Origin: an uncultured Candidatus Saccharibacteria bacterium
GTDB lineage: Bacteria > Patescibacteriota > Minisyncoccia > Minisyncoccales > Staskawiczbacteraceae
Length of the DNA stretch: 64,000 nucleotides
Direction: 5' to 3'
Assembly: GCA_964356545.1 (NCBI GenBank)
Contig: CAYHHX010000001.1
Location: forward strand, 1,918 to 65,917
Positions 39,764 through 49,492 of this stretch are shown here, piece after piece. Under the pieces are notes generated by a model, which was not told where the DNA came from, did no database searches, and was given only the letters and a program-made list of their open reading frames with translations. The translations under genes and the position numbers were made by a program. The stretch's first letter is position 1; the number at the start of each line of letters is the position of its first letter.

Positions 39764-40177
39764 ATGTCAGAAGATTTTTTAAAAAATTTAGTAAAAGAAT
39801 ACAAGTATTGGGAAGTTTACATTCACGAAAATCAAAGCTATCTTGGGCGATGCGTAATTTGGTGCAAGCGGGAAAACGCACTTGATTTAACTGATGCAAC
39901 GAAAAAAGAGCAACGAGAATTATTTTTAATCTTGCACAATTTAAGAGAGGCAGAGAAAAAAGCTTTCCAGCCAGATTGGTTTAATTATTCGTTTTTAGGC
40001 AATGAAACTCGGCATTTGCACGGTCATTTTATTCCTCGGTATGCAAAACCAAAAACATTTATGGGTATTATATTTAAAGATAAGTTATATGGACACAATT
40101 ACAAAACCGACCACAATTTTCAAACATCAACCAAGTTATTAGCCGAAGTAATAAATAGATTAAAGTCGGTTTTATAA
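39764..40177 (+). CDS. HIT family hydrolase
   Basis: LGNETRHLHGHFIPRY. Confidence 0.88.
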   Translation: MSEDFLKNLVKEYKYWEVYIHENQSYLGRCVIWCKRENALDLTDATKKEQRELFLILHNLREAEKKAFQPDWFNYSFLGNETRHLHGHFIPRYAKPKTFMGIIFKDKLYGHNYKTDHNFQTSTKLLAEVINRLKSVL

Positions 40178-40234
40178 GGTAGTATAAGAAATGGAAATAC
40201 GAATTTTTAAATAAAAATAAAAAAGTTTCAATAC

Positions 40235-40828
40235 ATGGACATAGAATACGAAGCGACATTTATAAATATAAATAAGGAAGAGATAAGAAAAAAATTAAAG
40301 AAGGTTGGGGCGAAATTAGTAAAACCTGAGTTTGTGCAAAAAAGGGTTAATTTTCATTTACCGAAAGGTCACGAAAATGAGAATGCTTGGATGAGGATAA
40401 GGGATGAACAAAATAAAATAACAATGAGCTATAAAGAAATTAACGGAGAAAAAATTGAAAATCAGAAAGAAATAAATTTAGTTATCGATGATTTTAAAAC
40501 AGGAGAAGAATTTTTAATATCAATTGGCTGTCAAAGGAAATCTTATCAGGAAACAAAAAGAGAGATATGGGAGTTGGACGGTGTTGAAATTTGCATCGAC
40601 GAATGGCCATTTTTAGAACCCTTTGTAGAGGTTGAAGGAAAATCAGAAAAAGAAGTAAAAGCAGTTTCTGAAAAAATTGGCTTTGATTATTCAAAAGCTT
40701 TGTTTTGTCCGGCCGGAGATATATATAGTAAAAAATATAATATCTCGTCTCAGGTTATATCTAATAAGATATCTAAAATAACTTTTGGTATGAAAAACCC
40801 ATTTTTAAAGTTTCGAAATAAGCAATGA
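40235..40828 (+). CDS. CYTH domain protein (class IV adenylate cyclase-like)
   Basis: N-terminal IEYE, WMRIRD, ETKRE.W, IDEWP...FVEVEG. Confidence 0.85.
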   Translation: MDIEYEATFININKEEIRKKLKKVGAKLVKPEFVQKRVNFHLPKGHENENAWMRIRDEQNKITMSYKEINGEKIENQKEINLVIDDFKTGEEFLISIGCQRKSYQETKREIWELDGVEICIDEWPFLEPFVEVEGKSEKEVKAVSEKIGFDYSKALFCPAGDIYSKKYNISSQVISNKISKITFGMKNPFLKFRNKQ

Positions 40829-41400
40829 AAAAAATAATTTTAGCATCATCATCTCCAAGAAGAAAAGATTTACTTTTGCAGATTGGCTTGAAATTTGAAA
40901 TAGATCCAAGCAATTACCAAGAAGATATGACCCTAAAAATGAATCCAAAAAAATTGGCGGAATATTTGTCGTTGGGAAAAGTAAAAAATGTGGCTCAAAG
41001 GCACAAAGATTCAATTATTATTGCAGCGGATACTTTTTGCGTTCTTGACAAAGAAGTTTTAGGAAAACCAAGAACAAAAGAAAATGCTAAAATTATGTTG
41101 CAAAAACTTAGCGGTAAAGTACACTCTGTGATAACTGGATTTACTATTATTGATACCGAAACAAACAAACAAGTTTCAAAATCAATAGAAACAAAAGTGT
41201 ATTTTAAACCTATTTCCAATAAAGAAATCGATGCGTATATTGCTTCAGGGGGACCATTAGAGTTTGCAGGGGCTTACGCCATACAGCACCTCGGAGGTTT
41301 ATTTGTAGAAAAAATAGAAGGTGACTACTTTAATATTGTCGGGCTTCCAATATTACCATTAACTGTAGAACTTAAAAAATTCGGGATTAATATTCTGTAA
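40825..41400 (+). CDS. maf: Maf family nucleoside triphosphate pyrophosphatase
   Basis: ILASSSPRR, AADT, LGKP, AGAYAIQ, NIVGLP. Confidence 0.92.
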   Translation: MKKIILASSSPRRKDLLLQIGLKFEIDPSNYQEDMTLKMNPKKLAEYLSLGKVKNVAQRHKDSIIIAADTFCVLDKEVLGKPRTKENAKIMLQKLSGKVHSVITGFTIIDTETNKQVSKSIETKVYFKPISNKEIDAYIASGGPLEFAGAYAIQHLGGLFVEKIEGDYFNIVGLPILPLTVELKKFGINIL

Positions 41401-41423
41401 ACTTTTTATTAATGAGGAAGTAG

Positions 41424-41444
41424 AAATGGTGGCTGTCCCCATTA
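41424..41444 (+). repeat. REP-like 21-mer, forward copy
   Basis: AAATGGTGGCTGTCCCCATTA followed by a C tract. Confidence 0.9.
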
Positions 41445-41488
41445 CCCCCCCCACCTATGTAGACATTAGTTATTAACAGGCGAGGGTA

Positions 41489-41592
41489 TTGACATAGAGT
41501 AAACAAAAGATTAGTATGAGTTTAATAAATCCTTATCGTTTGCTTCGGCTACGGTAAGCAATAGGAGCCCCTTTGGGGGCTCTTGTTTTTTA
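41489..41592 (+). promoter_or_regulatory. Promoter, short structured leader and terminator upstream of the NYN gene
   Basis: TTGACA-17-TAGTAT; hairpin CTTATCGT...TTCG...ACGGTAAG; terminator GGAGCCCC-TTTG-GGGGCTCT plus T tract. Confidence 0.6.
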
Positions 41593-41617
41593 TAAAGTAA
41601 AGTTATATCCTTGAAAT

Positions 41618-42178
41618 ATGGAAAATCCAAAGCGTGTAGCTGTCTTTATAGATAATAGTAATGTTTTTCACCACATTTACGATATTAAAAAACAGGATAA
41701 AAGCTGGGTTTGTTTGTATAATCCCTTAATTCTTGCCGAAAAGTTAGCTGGGAATAGAAATCTTGTATATGTTGGTTTTTACTGTGTCCGCCCACCATCA
41801 TATCTTTTAAATGGCACAAAAGATGACCAAAGAAAATACAATATAACTCAAAAATATTATGGGGAAATTGAAAAACTATTAAAACTTTCAATGAAATTTG
41901 GGGATTTAAAGGGTACAAGGGGACAACTTCAAGAAAAGAATTTAGATACCCAATTAGCAACAGATATGGTTACTATGGCGGCTTTAGATGAATTTGATGT
42001 AGCTATTCTTGTTTCAAACGATGGGGATTATAAGAGTGCCATTGAGAACACCAAAAGATTTAATAAAAAGATAGAAAATATGTTTTTTAAAGGTAGCTTA
42101 TCTATGGCTATTGATGGGAAGTGCGATATTAAAAGACGAGCTCGTCGTTCTTTCTTTGTAAAATTAGACAGACTATAA
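41618..42178 (+). CDS. NYN domain (LabA/DUF88, PIN-like) protein
   Basis: VFIDNSN, EKNLDTQLATD, LVSNDGDY. Confidence 0.88.
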   Translation: MENPKRVAVFIDNSNVFHHIYDIKKQDKSWVCLYNPLILAEKLAGNRNLVYVGFYCVRPPSYLLNGTKDDQRKYNITQKYYGEIEKLLKLSMKFGDLKGTRGQLQEKNLDTQLATDMVTMAALDEFDVAILVSNDGDYKSAIENTKRFNKKIENMFFKGSLSMAIDGKCDIKRRARRSFFVKLDRL

Positions 42179-42327
42179 ATTAAATAAAGCTTAATACACC
42201 CATTTCTTGCTTTATTTTATTCCAATCAAGCGTTTTAAATGTGTCCAGCAAGCCCCTCCATTTCTCCATTCCTTAGTCCTAAGCATTTTCAGGCGCTTAT
42301 AGATGCGAAAGTTTTAAAATAATTTTT

Positions 42328-42855
42328 ATGAAAAAATTAATAATTTTAGTTGGCACTACTTCAGATCAAAAAATAAATTATTTGAAAGAGATTTTAAAAG
42401 AACTAAATATAAAATCAGAGTTAATTTCAATTCGAGTGAATAGTGGTGTTTCTGAACAACCTAAAACATCAACAGAAACCAAGAAAGGTTCAATTAATCG
42501 AGCCAAAAGAGCATTTAAAAAAGAATTAAAGGCAGATTTTTCAATAGGAATTGAAGTTGGGTATCATAAAAATTCTAAAAGAAAATATGAAATGTTTTGT
42601 TGGGTTACTATTATTGGTAATAATGGCTATCAAATATCAAGCCAGTCGCATAAGTTTTTATTGCCTAAATATTATCAGAATGTTTTGGAAAAAGGTTTAT
42701 TTGTAAACGAGCATTTGGGTGGGTTCATGAAAAATAAAAAAGAAGCATCGCACGCAAAGAGGAAAATTGACGAAATAGTTCGTCATAGAAAACCGTTTAT
42801 TGAAAACGCCTTAAAAAATGCGTTAATCCGTTATCTAAATAAAGAATATTTTTAG
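42328..42855 (+). CDS. Inosine/xanthosine triphosphatase-like (YjjX/DUF84)
   Basis: VGTTS..K, SGVSEQP, GSINRA, IGIEVG. Confidence 0.8.
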   Translation: MKKLIILVGTTSDQKINYLKEILKELNIKSELISIRVNSGVSEQPKTSTETKKGSINRAKRAFKKELKADFSIGIEVGYHKNSKRKYEMFCWVTIIGNNGYQISSQSHKFLLPKYYQNVLEKGLFVNEHLGGFMKNKKEASHAKRKIDEIVRHRKPFIENALKNALIRYLNKEYF

Positions 42856-42910
42856 AAAGTAGAATAGAGCGTAGAGTTATGAGAACCTTCCAATAAATCG
42901 CTAAAAGTAA

Positions 42911-42931
42911 AAATGGTGGCTGTCCCTATTT
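42911..42931 (+). repeat. REP-like 21-mer, forward copy
   Basis: AAATGGTGGCTGTCCCTATTT then CTCATTT. Confidence 0.88.
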
Positions 42932-42932
42932 C

Positions 42933-43397
42933 TCATTTTTCGTTTGCCTTGATTGAAGGTAGATAGATAGTGTTCTTTATTTCCCTTGGATGAATTTTTA
43001 ATAATAAATCCTTTATTTCAATAGGAAAGATATTCATTTTTTCTATTTTAGTGTAATCTACCCAAACAGGCGTAAACACATATTTATTAGAAATCTTTTT
43101 AAATTCAGGAGAGTTAGTGTTCAGTTTTGGCCTAAAAGTGCTATTTAATTCTCGGTAAAAGTAAAAACTTTTTTCATTGATATCCTTTTTGTTTAACTGA
43201 ATAATGTGGCTAAGAGTCCCTGAAATATTGTAACTTAGCTCTTCTTTTGCCTCCCTTTTCACAGCATCAATAGCGTTTTCGCCCTTTTCTATAGTGCCAC
43301 CCGGAAAACAATAATAACTGAGGTTTCCTTTTTTTCTTTTGACTAATAATATTCTCTCTTTATAGGTCAAGATAATGACTGTTCTTTTTTTAATCAT
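42933..43397 (-). CDS. NUDIX hydrolase
   Basis: FPGGTIEKGENAIDAVKREAKEEL; stop codon abuts the repeat. Confidence 0.85.
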   Translation of the reverse strand: MIKKRTVIILTYKERILLVKRKKGNLSYYCFPGGTIEKGENAIDAVKREAKEELSYNISGTLSHIIQLNKKDINEKSFYFYRELNSTFRPKLNTNSPEFKKISNKYVFTPVWVDYTKIEKMNIFPIEIKDLLLKIHPREIKNTIYLPSIKANEK

Positions 43398-43447
43398 TGT
43401 GTTAGAATACCATATCTTTTTACCTTTAACCAATAAACAAGAAAGGG

Positions 43448-44029
43448 GTGCAAAAGATGAAGCGACCTTTTATCTTTGACGGCTTAGATGGTTCCGGCAA
43501 AACCACGCTAGTGCAGAGCATAGCTTTGGTAACAGGAATGAGTATTATCCCACGTCTTTCGCTAATAGAAGACGCAGGGATCAAAGATAAAATAAGGAAT
43601 AAGAATATCTCGGTGGATACAATTCATAAGCTCTATATGTCAGCAACGCATGTGCACCTTATGGATCTTATTTTGCCGAAGATAGAGTCTGGCGAAAAAT
43701 TTCTCATTGATCGGTGGATAGCAGGAATGTTAACTATGCATGTTTTGCGAGGAGGAACATTAGCTCATTGGACTACTCGAAATTACGACTGGAGTCCTAT
43801 TAAAGCGGTGGATTGTATCTTTGTAAGGGCTTCAGAAGAAGTACGCAAACAAAGAATCATGTGTCGTGGTTCGCTGACGAAATCAGATAGGGTAAGCTTC
43901 CATAAAGATGCTGAAACTATCCACCTCCAATTTGCCCAGAGATTTTACCGACGCGTGATACTTCTTGAGGCAACAAATCTCAATCCCGACGAACTTCTCG
44001 CAGAAGCTTTAAGGGTTTTGGATATTTAG
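43448..44029 (+). CDS. Thymidylate-kinase-like NMP kinase
   Basis: FDGLDGSGKTT P-loop, LIDRW, ASEEVRKQRI. Confidence 0.75.
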   Translation: MQKMKRPFIFDGLDGSGKTTLVQSIALVTGMSIIPRLSLIEDAGIKDKIRNKNISVDTIHKLYMSATHVHLMDLILPKIESGEKFLIDRWIAGMLTMHVLRGGTLAHWTTRNYDWSPIKAVDCIFVRASEEVRKQRIMCRGSLTKSDRVSFHKDAETIHLQFAQRFYRRVILLEATNLNPDELLAEALRVLDI

Positions 44030-44294
44030 CACATTGGTTTGCGTAAAGGCGAATGATTTTATAGGAGTAACTCGTAGTTACTCCTTTTTATTTTCTGAAT
44101 TTATCACTATTCTTTCCTACTTTTCTTTGTCCGGAGATGAAAAAAAATGTCATTAATCAGTTAGTTACCCAGTACGAAAGAACTTTTGGCAAAGCACCCC
44201 ATGAATTATGCAAAGAGGTTGTCCAAGATTTAATAGCAGAAATGCCCCCAGAAGAAATTCCTTCAAGTTTAAAGTAAGTACTATTTAGTACACC

Positions 44295-44545
44295 AGTGGC
44301 CATAGTGTTGTTTTTTTGAAAAAACTGTTGATTGTTTTACTAACAGGTGGTATTATTAGCATAATGAAGACAATAGAAAGAGGTAAGCAGATTTATATGC
44401 ATAAAAATTCAAAGGTTGGAATTTCAATGTTCCGCGCTTTTTCTAGTGTTCCTGATAAATATCAGGAAAAGAGTCTTTCTCTTTCAAAAAGTATTTCTGA
44501 AAATTTTATTTAAAAATACACTCATTAGCGGGTGTATTTTTTTAA
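44295..44545 (+). repeat. Promoter/leader-ORF/terminator module, copy 2 (49-aa ORF 44364-44513)
   Basis: TTGATT-17-TATTAT; MKTIERGKQIYMHKNSKVGISMFRAFSS...ENFI*; terminator AAAAATACAC...GTGTATTTTT. Confidence 0.9.
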
Positions 44546-44550
44546 AAATT

Positions 44551-44616
44551 ATGCATTTTGGAGAACATTTAACAATCGATGGATACGGTGGTAACTTTGA
44601 AAAGCTAAATGATGAA
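44551..44616 (+). pseudogene. speD: 5' fragment of an S-adenosylmethionine decarboxylase-like gene, cut at a REP-like motif
   Basis: MHFGEHLTIDGYGGNFEKLND matches the prokaryotic AdoMetDC N-terminal G.HL.ID.Y pattern. Confidence 0.7.
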
Positions 44617-44637
44617 GAATGGTGGCTGTCCCCATTG
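44617..44637 (+). repeat. REP-like 21-mer, forward copy
   Basis: GAATGGTGGCTGTCCCCATTG then TCCCTCCCATTAC stutter. Confidence 0.9.
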
Positions 44638-44806
44638 TCCCTCCCATTACTCATTACTGCAGAGGTCAGCCGTATTGCATTATAAGAAAAATCATGGCAT
44701 GGTATTGATGGAAGAGATTCATGTTGAGTTTCTCAAACAGCACATTAAAAAAATAAAAAGGATAAGACGTGTATCCAATTTACAATTTGCGCAAAGGAGA
44801 ACTGTT

Positions 44807-45484
44807 ATGCGTAAAATCGAAGGTTTGAAATTTCTTCAGAGATTTTTTCCGGACCAATGCGTTGACTGTATATTCGTAACTGATAAAGAGCCTATTATTT
44901 TAAATGATCTCGAGAAACATGCTTCTTCGCTTTTCCGAGTACGATCAAGTCGAAGGAATGGGTCCGACATCAATGCTCCAAGTAAAACCTGTCACTCGGT
45001 AAAAGAGGTTGTAAAATTCGTAGAAGATTTACGAAGTTTAAAACAATCTTGGGAGTTTGTAATTCACCGTGTAGATAAAGCGTACTTTACACCAAGTTTT
45101 ATTGGCACAATAGCGCTTTTCTATAAGGTAGAACCTCAAATCATGATTGATCTGCAATATGTGCCAAGTAGGGACGCACAAGCAATTGCCAATGGAGCAT
45201 ATCATGGTCAGCCACCGCGAGATTGGAAAGTGGCTGCTATGTACACTTTTCCTTTCTTTGGGCGACAACCTTGGATACGGATTATCGATCCATTATTTCA
45301 ATTAAGTGCGGTGAGTGAGTTTATCCCACGTTTATGGCGTATCGGTCGCGAAATTGATGATGTGAAGCAGTCTTTAGATGATCGATCATCAGCAGCTTTA
45401 CCAGAATCAGTAACGCGTTTCAATCTTTATTCAGATGGATCAATTTTGCTTGACGATCATCGTAACGTGAGTTCGTTCATCTAG
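44807..45484 (+). CDS. Hypothetical protein
   Basis: AAGGAG upstream of ATG 44807 (MRKIEGLKFL); terminator-like hairpin at 45491-45525. Confidence 0.6.
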   Translation: MRKIEGLKFLQRFFPDQCVDCIFVTDKEPIILNDLEKHASSLFRVRSSRRNGSDINAPSKTCHSVKEVVKFVEDLRSLKQSWEFVIHRVDKAYFTPSFIGTIALFYKVEPQIMIDLQYVPSRDAQAIANGAYHGQPPRDWKVAAMYTFPFFGRQPWIRIIDPLFQLSAVSEFIPRLWRIGREIDDVKQSLDDRSSAALPESVTRFNLYSDGSILLDDHRNVSSFI

Positions 45485-45581
45485 CATTAATACCGGTGTG
45501 CTATAAGATAGTATGCCGGTTTTCTTTGTATATTAAATTTGATACTATAAAAGATATAAAAAGTTAAATTATTTTAAAAAT

Positions 45582-46094
45582 ATGAATGTTATAAAAGTAA
45601 TTAGGGATGAGGATTTTGGTTTGGATAATCCAGTCCCAAAGAATTATAAGGAGCGCAAAGCAAGTCGTTCCATTGTTTTTGATGAGAATAGACATGTTGC
45701 TTTACTTCATGTAACAAAAAAGAATTATCATAAACTACCTGGTGGAGGCATGGAAAAAGGGGAAGAAATTTCTGAAACACTTGAGAGAGAATTATTTGAA
45801 GAAATCGGATGTTCCGTAAAAGATGTTCGAGAGCTTGGTATCATTGAAGAGTATCGTAATAAACTGGAACTTCATCAAATTTCCTACTGTTTTTTAGCTA
45901 ATCTTATCGGAGATAAGGGAACTCCACACTTTAAAGATGATGAAATAGATGATGGTTTTAAAATAACATGGATGGATATACGGGATGCGATTAGAACATT
46001 AGAAAGTGAAATAAATACCAGAGATTATAGGGATAAATTTATATGCTTACGAGACCTCATATTACTAAAAGAGGCAGTAAAAGTTTACAAGTAA
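45582..46094 (+). CDS. NUDIX hydrolase
   Basis: KLPGGGMEKGEEISETLERELFEEIG. Confidence 0.9.
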   Translation: MNVIKVIRDEDFGLDNPVPKNYKERKASRSIVFDENRHVALLHVTKKNYHKLPGGGMEKGEEISETLERELFEEIGCSVKDVRELGIIEEYRNKLELHQISYCFLANLIGDKGTPHFKDDEIDDGFKITWMDIRDAIRTLESEINTRDYRDKFICLRDLILLKEAVKVYK

Positions 46095-46167
46095 TATTTG
46101 ACGAATAATAAATGGTTAGGAATACCATCAAGACAGTAATAAAGTTTTAAAAACTAATTTTAAGATT

Positions 46168-47130
46168 ATGGAAAATACTGAAAAGAAATTCTCCATCGCT
46201 GGCGCCAATTTCAAAATTAAATCAAATTTTGAAATAGAAAGCTTGTTGTACGAACCGCAACCATACAATTTACATATCAACTATTTAATTAAAGACAAAG
46301 TTAAAAAGAGAGACATTTTCACTATCGTTATTCTTAGAAATAACAAGAACTTAAGTCTCCATGTAAAGGGTAGAAACCTTACCATTAGTGGCAAGATAGA
46401 CGCTATGTTTGAACGCGAATACAATCCTCAATTCGGACTTTTTGGTAATAAGGGGATAATACATCACTTTATTCTACATACTCTTGAAAACTATTTGAAA
46501 TTCAGCTTTTTGCATGCATCGGCGATACTTCATCCACACAGAAAAAAAATATGTATTGCACTTGGTCCAAGTGGTTCTGGTAAAAGCGTCTTTGTTTCAA
46601 ATGCCCTAAAAATAGGTTGGAAACTAATTGCAACTGAACAAGTTATAATTAGTGCTGACGGAGAAATATTTAAGGGAAATCAGTATGATAATATTTCACC
46701 AAAAGCAGTTGATTTTATAGAATCACAGCTAGACAGGGCAGTTGTCTTTAAAGAAAAACAACTGATTGAACCCACTGGTCAAAAATTACTTGCAAATCTC
46801 TCAGAATACGGGATCAGCGTAAATAAACTTTTACTACAAGGTTACGAACTTAACCTTGTAGTCCTTAATTTTGGTAATCTTTCTCATAAAAATGGTACAC
46901 CTATTATTGATGAAGATTTTTTACTAAGAGTTATGCAATACAGTTCAAGTGAAAAGATATGTGCTCCTATAATTTTTGATAAAAATATATTTAAACTTAA
47001 TATGAATGGGAATTCAAAAAATAGAACAACTACGGTTAATTTAATTATTGGTAAGGCAAATAAAAAAATCGTTCTTGGTGGTAATTATACGGATTTTGAG
47101 AGATGGTTACAGTACGAATATTTAAATTAA
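46168..47130 (+). CDS. HPr-kinase-like P-loop protein
   Basis: LHASAI...ALGPSGSGKS pattern of HprK-related kinases. Confidence 0.6.
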   Translation: MENTEKKFSIAGANFKIKSNFEIESLLYEPQPYNLHINYLIKDKVKKRDIFTIVILRNNKNLSLHVKGRNLTISGKIDAMFEREYNPQFGLFGNKGIIHHFILHTLENYLKFSFLHASAILHPHRKKICIALGPSGSGKSVFVSNALKIGWKLIATEQVIISADGEIFKGNQYDNISPKAVDFIESQLDRAVVFKEKQLIEPTGQKLLANLSEYGISVNKLLLQGYELNLVVLNFGNLSHKNGTPIIDEDFLLRVMQYSSSEKICAPIIFDKNIFKLNMNGNSKNRTTTVNLIIGKANKKIVLGGNYTDFERWLQYEYLN

Positions 47131-47170
47131 TAAAAAAAATTAATAATATTAGAAATCAAATAAGAAAAAT

Positions 47171-47581
47171 ATGGAAAAACTAAAACAAGCAAGGTGGGCA
47201 AATTTTGATGAAATAACATCTCGCATTATTTCATTCGAAGGCAAACAACCTATTCAAATGAAGCATAGCGATGGTACAGCATTGCCACTACTAGTAGACG
47301 ATTCAAAAACTAATAAATTTGGAGCAGATATTATTAGGTTTGCGCCAGGAGAAGGTGTTGGACTTCATAAGCATATTGGTGCGCACATTCTTATGGTAAC
47401 AAAAGGCAGTGGTATACTTGTGTATGAGGACGAAAGACACTCTATGTTCGAAGGGATGATTTATTTAGTTCCATCAAATATTGCTCATGCAATTGAGGCG
47501 ACAACAGAGATAGTACTGGTAGCAATTGGCAATGACTATAGACCAGCTAATAGTGAAGAGCGTCTCAATATTGTAGGCTAA
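47171..47581 (+). CDS. Cupin domain protein
   Basis: FAPGEGVGLHKH...H, G..YLVPSNIAHAI. Confidence 0.85.
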   Translation: MEKLKQARWANFDEITSRIISFEGKQPIQMKHSDGTALPLLVDDSKTNKFGADIIRFAPGEGVGLHKHIGAHILMVTKGSGILVYEDERHSMFEGMIYLVPSNIAHAIEATTEIVLVAIGNDYRPANSEERLNIVG

Positions 47582-47597
47582 TTAATGTGACAAGAAT

Positions 47598-48974
47598 ATG
47601 ATTTTTAACCTTGAACTTTTTAAACAACATTTACAAGATGCGGAAGTTATCATGTTTAAAAATGAAATTAGGGGATCTTTGACATACTTGCAATATGGGA
47701 TGGAAGTTAGAAATAAAATATACTCACTGGCCATGGATATGCTAAGAGATGATGAATTTAAGGAAATTAAATTGTCGGATATTATAAGAAAATCAGATGT
47801 CGTAAAACTCGATTCGATTTCTTTAATATCGGAAAATTATTTTTCCATTATTGAAAATAACTTTAATATGGCGGCGGGGCACGAAATACCGTTTTATTTG
47901 TTTTTAAAGAAATATTTAAAACTTTTTCGTCCTGTTGTTTTTCCTATTAAATTTTTTAATTTTGGATCAGTTTTCAGATTTCCAAAGAAGACAAAGTTCC
48001 CTTTCAACTTAGGAGAGCGGAGGTCCTTTTTAGAATGCTTTATAGTTTACAAAAACGAAAAAAGTAAAGAAAAGTATATTAATTGGGCAGTTGAGTGGAA
48101 TAGACAATTAATAAAAGAAAAATTACATTTACCGTCAATTGAGGTCGAACGTCCTTTGATAACTAACAAATCTTTTTCTCGTAAAACTATTTGTATAGAT
48201 TCGTTGACTCCTATAGGTATAAGCGTTATTACGGGAATGTCCTACTTTCACGATGATATATTTACAAAGTTATTAGAAATAAAATATAAACACAATCTTA
48301 CCGGTAAAAGTAAATTATTTCATGCCATGCATTTTGGAATTAGTGATAACTTATTTTTTTCCTATCTGATTAATTGTCATGACGGAAGAGGGTTTCGTAT
48401 GCTTAATAATATTGCTCCACTTCATATTGAAATCATAATAAGCGATGATGTGAAACCCAAACCCTTTGAATTGGAGTTGATTACTAAATATCTTGATGAA
48501 AAAAAGTATCGGTATAATGTAGAATATGCGAAGAAACTGCAAAAACCGCGTTTTTATATCAAAAAAAATATCATAAATGGTACACCCCTCACCATTATTT
48601 TTTCACATTATAATAGTAGTAGTATGACTTTATTTTATAGAGGAGATTTCGCTACTCAAGAATTTAAGATAAACGACTTGTATCTTATTGATGATTTTTT
48701 GAAGAAAAATGACGAAGAAATTATTTGTCATTTTAAAATAATAGAAGCTGAAACTATAGTTGAATGTGATACGATTGAAGATGTAAACAGATCGCTCTTG
48801 GATGGAAAAGTGTGCAAAATTTACTTAAAAAATAATGATAATAATATTCAAAACTGGAATCAAAAATTATTGCTTGTCCATGTGCTTGGTTTTTGCATTA
48901 GTAAAAATAGTGGTTACGACATCTTAACAGGAGATTCTGTCTTTACATTAGCTTATATCTCAAAAAGGTCATAA
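47598..48974 (+). CDS. Divergent prolyl-tRNA synthetase-like protein (archaeal/eukaryotic-type class IIa paralogue)
   Basis: YGMEVRNKI, GSVFRF..K..PF (motif 2), GMSYFHDDIFTK, HFGISDN...HDGRGF...IAPLHI (motif 3 region), AYISKRS end. Confidence 0.7.
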   Translation: MIFNLELFKQHLQDAEVIMFKNEIRGSLTYLQYGMEVRNKIYSLAMDMLRDDEFKEIKLSDIIRKSDVVKLDSISLISENYFSIIENNFNMAAGHEIPFYLFLKKYLKLFRPVVFPIKFFNFGSVFRFPKKTKFPFNLGERRSFLECFIVYKNEKSKEKYINWAVEWNRQLIKEKLHLPSIEVERPLITNKSFSRKTICIDSLTPIGISVITGMSYFHDDIFTKLLEIKYKHNLTGKSKLFHAMHFGISDNLFFSYLINCHDGRGFRMLNNIAPLHIEIIISDDVKPKPFELELITKYLDEKKYRYNVEYAKKLQKPRFYIKKNIINGTPLTIIFSHYNSSSMTLFYRGDFATQEFKINDLYLIDDFLKKNDEEIICHFKIIEAETIVECDTIEDVNRSLLDGKVCKIYLKNNDNNIQNWNQKLLLVHVLGFCISKNSGYDILTGDSVFTLAYISKRS

Positions 48975-49000
48975 ATAGAAAAAATTAAGTCGTTAAGCAA

Positions 49001-49060
49001 ATGAAAAAACAAATAGTAATAATTCACCGGGGTTTCGCATTTGATACGTATAAATATAAT
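49001..49060 (+). pseudogene. 5' fragment of an alpha/beta-hydrolase-like gene cut at the repeat cluster
   Basis: MKKQIVIIHRGFAFDTY resembles the MKKQ..IHGG..F..Y start of YdeN-like hydrolases; stops in the AAATGGGG stutter. Confidence 0.5.
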
Positions 49061-49119
49061 AAATGGGGTGAAATAGGGACAGAAATAGGAAATAGGGGAA
49101 ATGGGGACGGCCACCATTT
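49061..49119 (-). repeat. REP-like 21-mer, reverse copy (49099-49119), preceded by four partial iterations
   Basis: AAATGGGGTG AAATAGGGACAG AAATAGG AAATAGGGG AAATGGGGACGGCCACCATTT. Confidence 0.9.
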
Positions 49120-49148
49120 TATTTAATATTTTTTATTTGAATAAAATA

Positions 49149-49414
49149 ATTAAGTGGCTATAGTGTTGTTTTTTTAAAAACTGTTGATTGTTTTATTGAC
49201 AGGTGGTATTATTAGCACGATGAAGACAATAGAAAGAGGTAAGCAGATTTATACGCATAAAAATTCAAAGGTTGGAATTTCAATGTTCCGCGCTTTTTCT
49301 AGTGTTCCTGATAAATATCAGGAAAAGAGTCTTTCTCTTTCAAAAAGTATTTCTGAAAATTTTACTTAAAAATACACCAATTAGCAGGTGTATTTTTTGA
49401 TTAAGTTAATGATT
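49149..49414 (+). repeat. Promoter/leader-ORF/terminator module, copy 3 (49-aa ORF 49220-49369)
   Basis: Appears identical to copy 4 over about 245 bp. Confidence 0.92.
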
Positions 49415-49492
49415 ATGCATTTTGGGGAACATCTTACAATTGATGGATATGGCGGTCTTTTTGAAAAGCTAAATGATAAAAATGGTGTCTGA
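49415..49492 (+). pseudogene. speD: Second speD-like 5' fragment cut at a REP-like motif
   Basis: MHFGEHLTIDGYGGLFEKLNDK, then repeat-derived NGV*. Confidence 0.7.

Noticed and set aside
44137-44277. 46-codon ORF MKKNVINQLVTQYERTFG...
   Set aside because: No recognisable motif; cannot tell a small gene from a remnant.
44416-44806. ORF 44416..44685 and the 44609 start of the next ORF
   Set aside because: They read through the leader module, speD fragment and repeat; the RBS-supported start is 44807.
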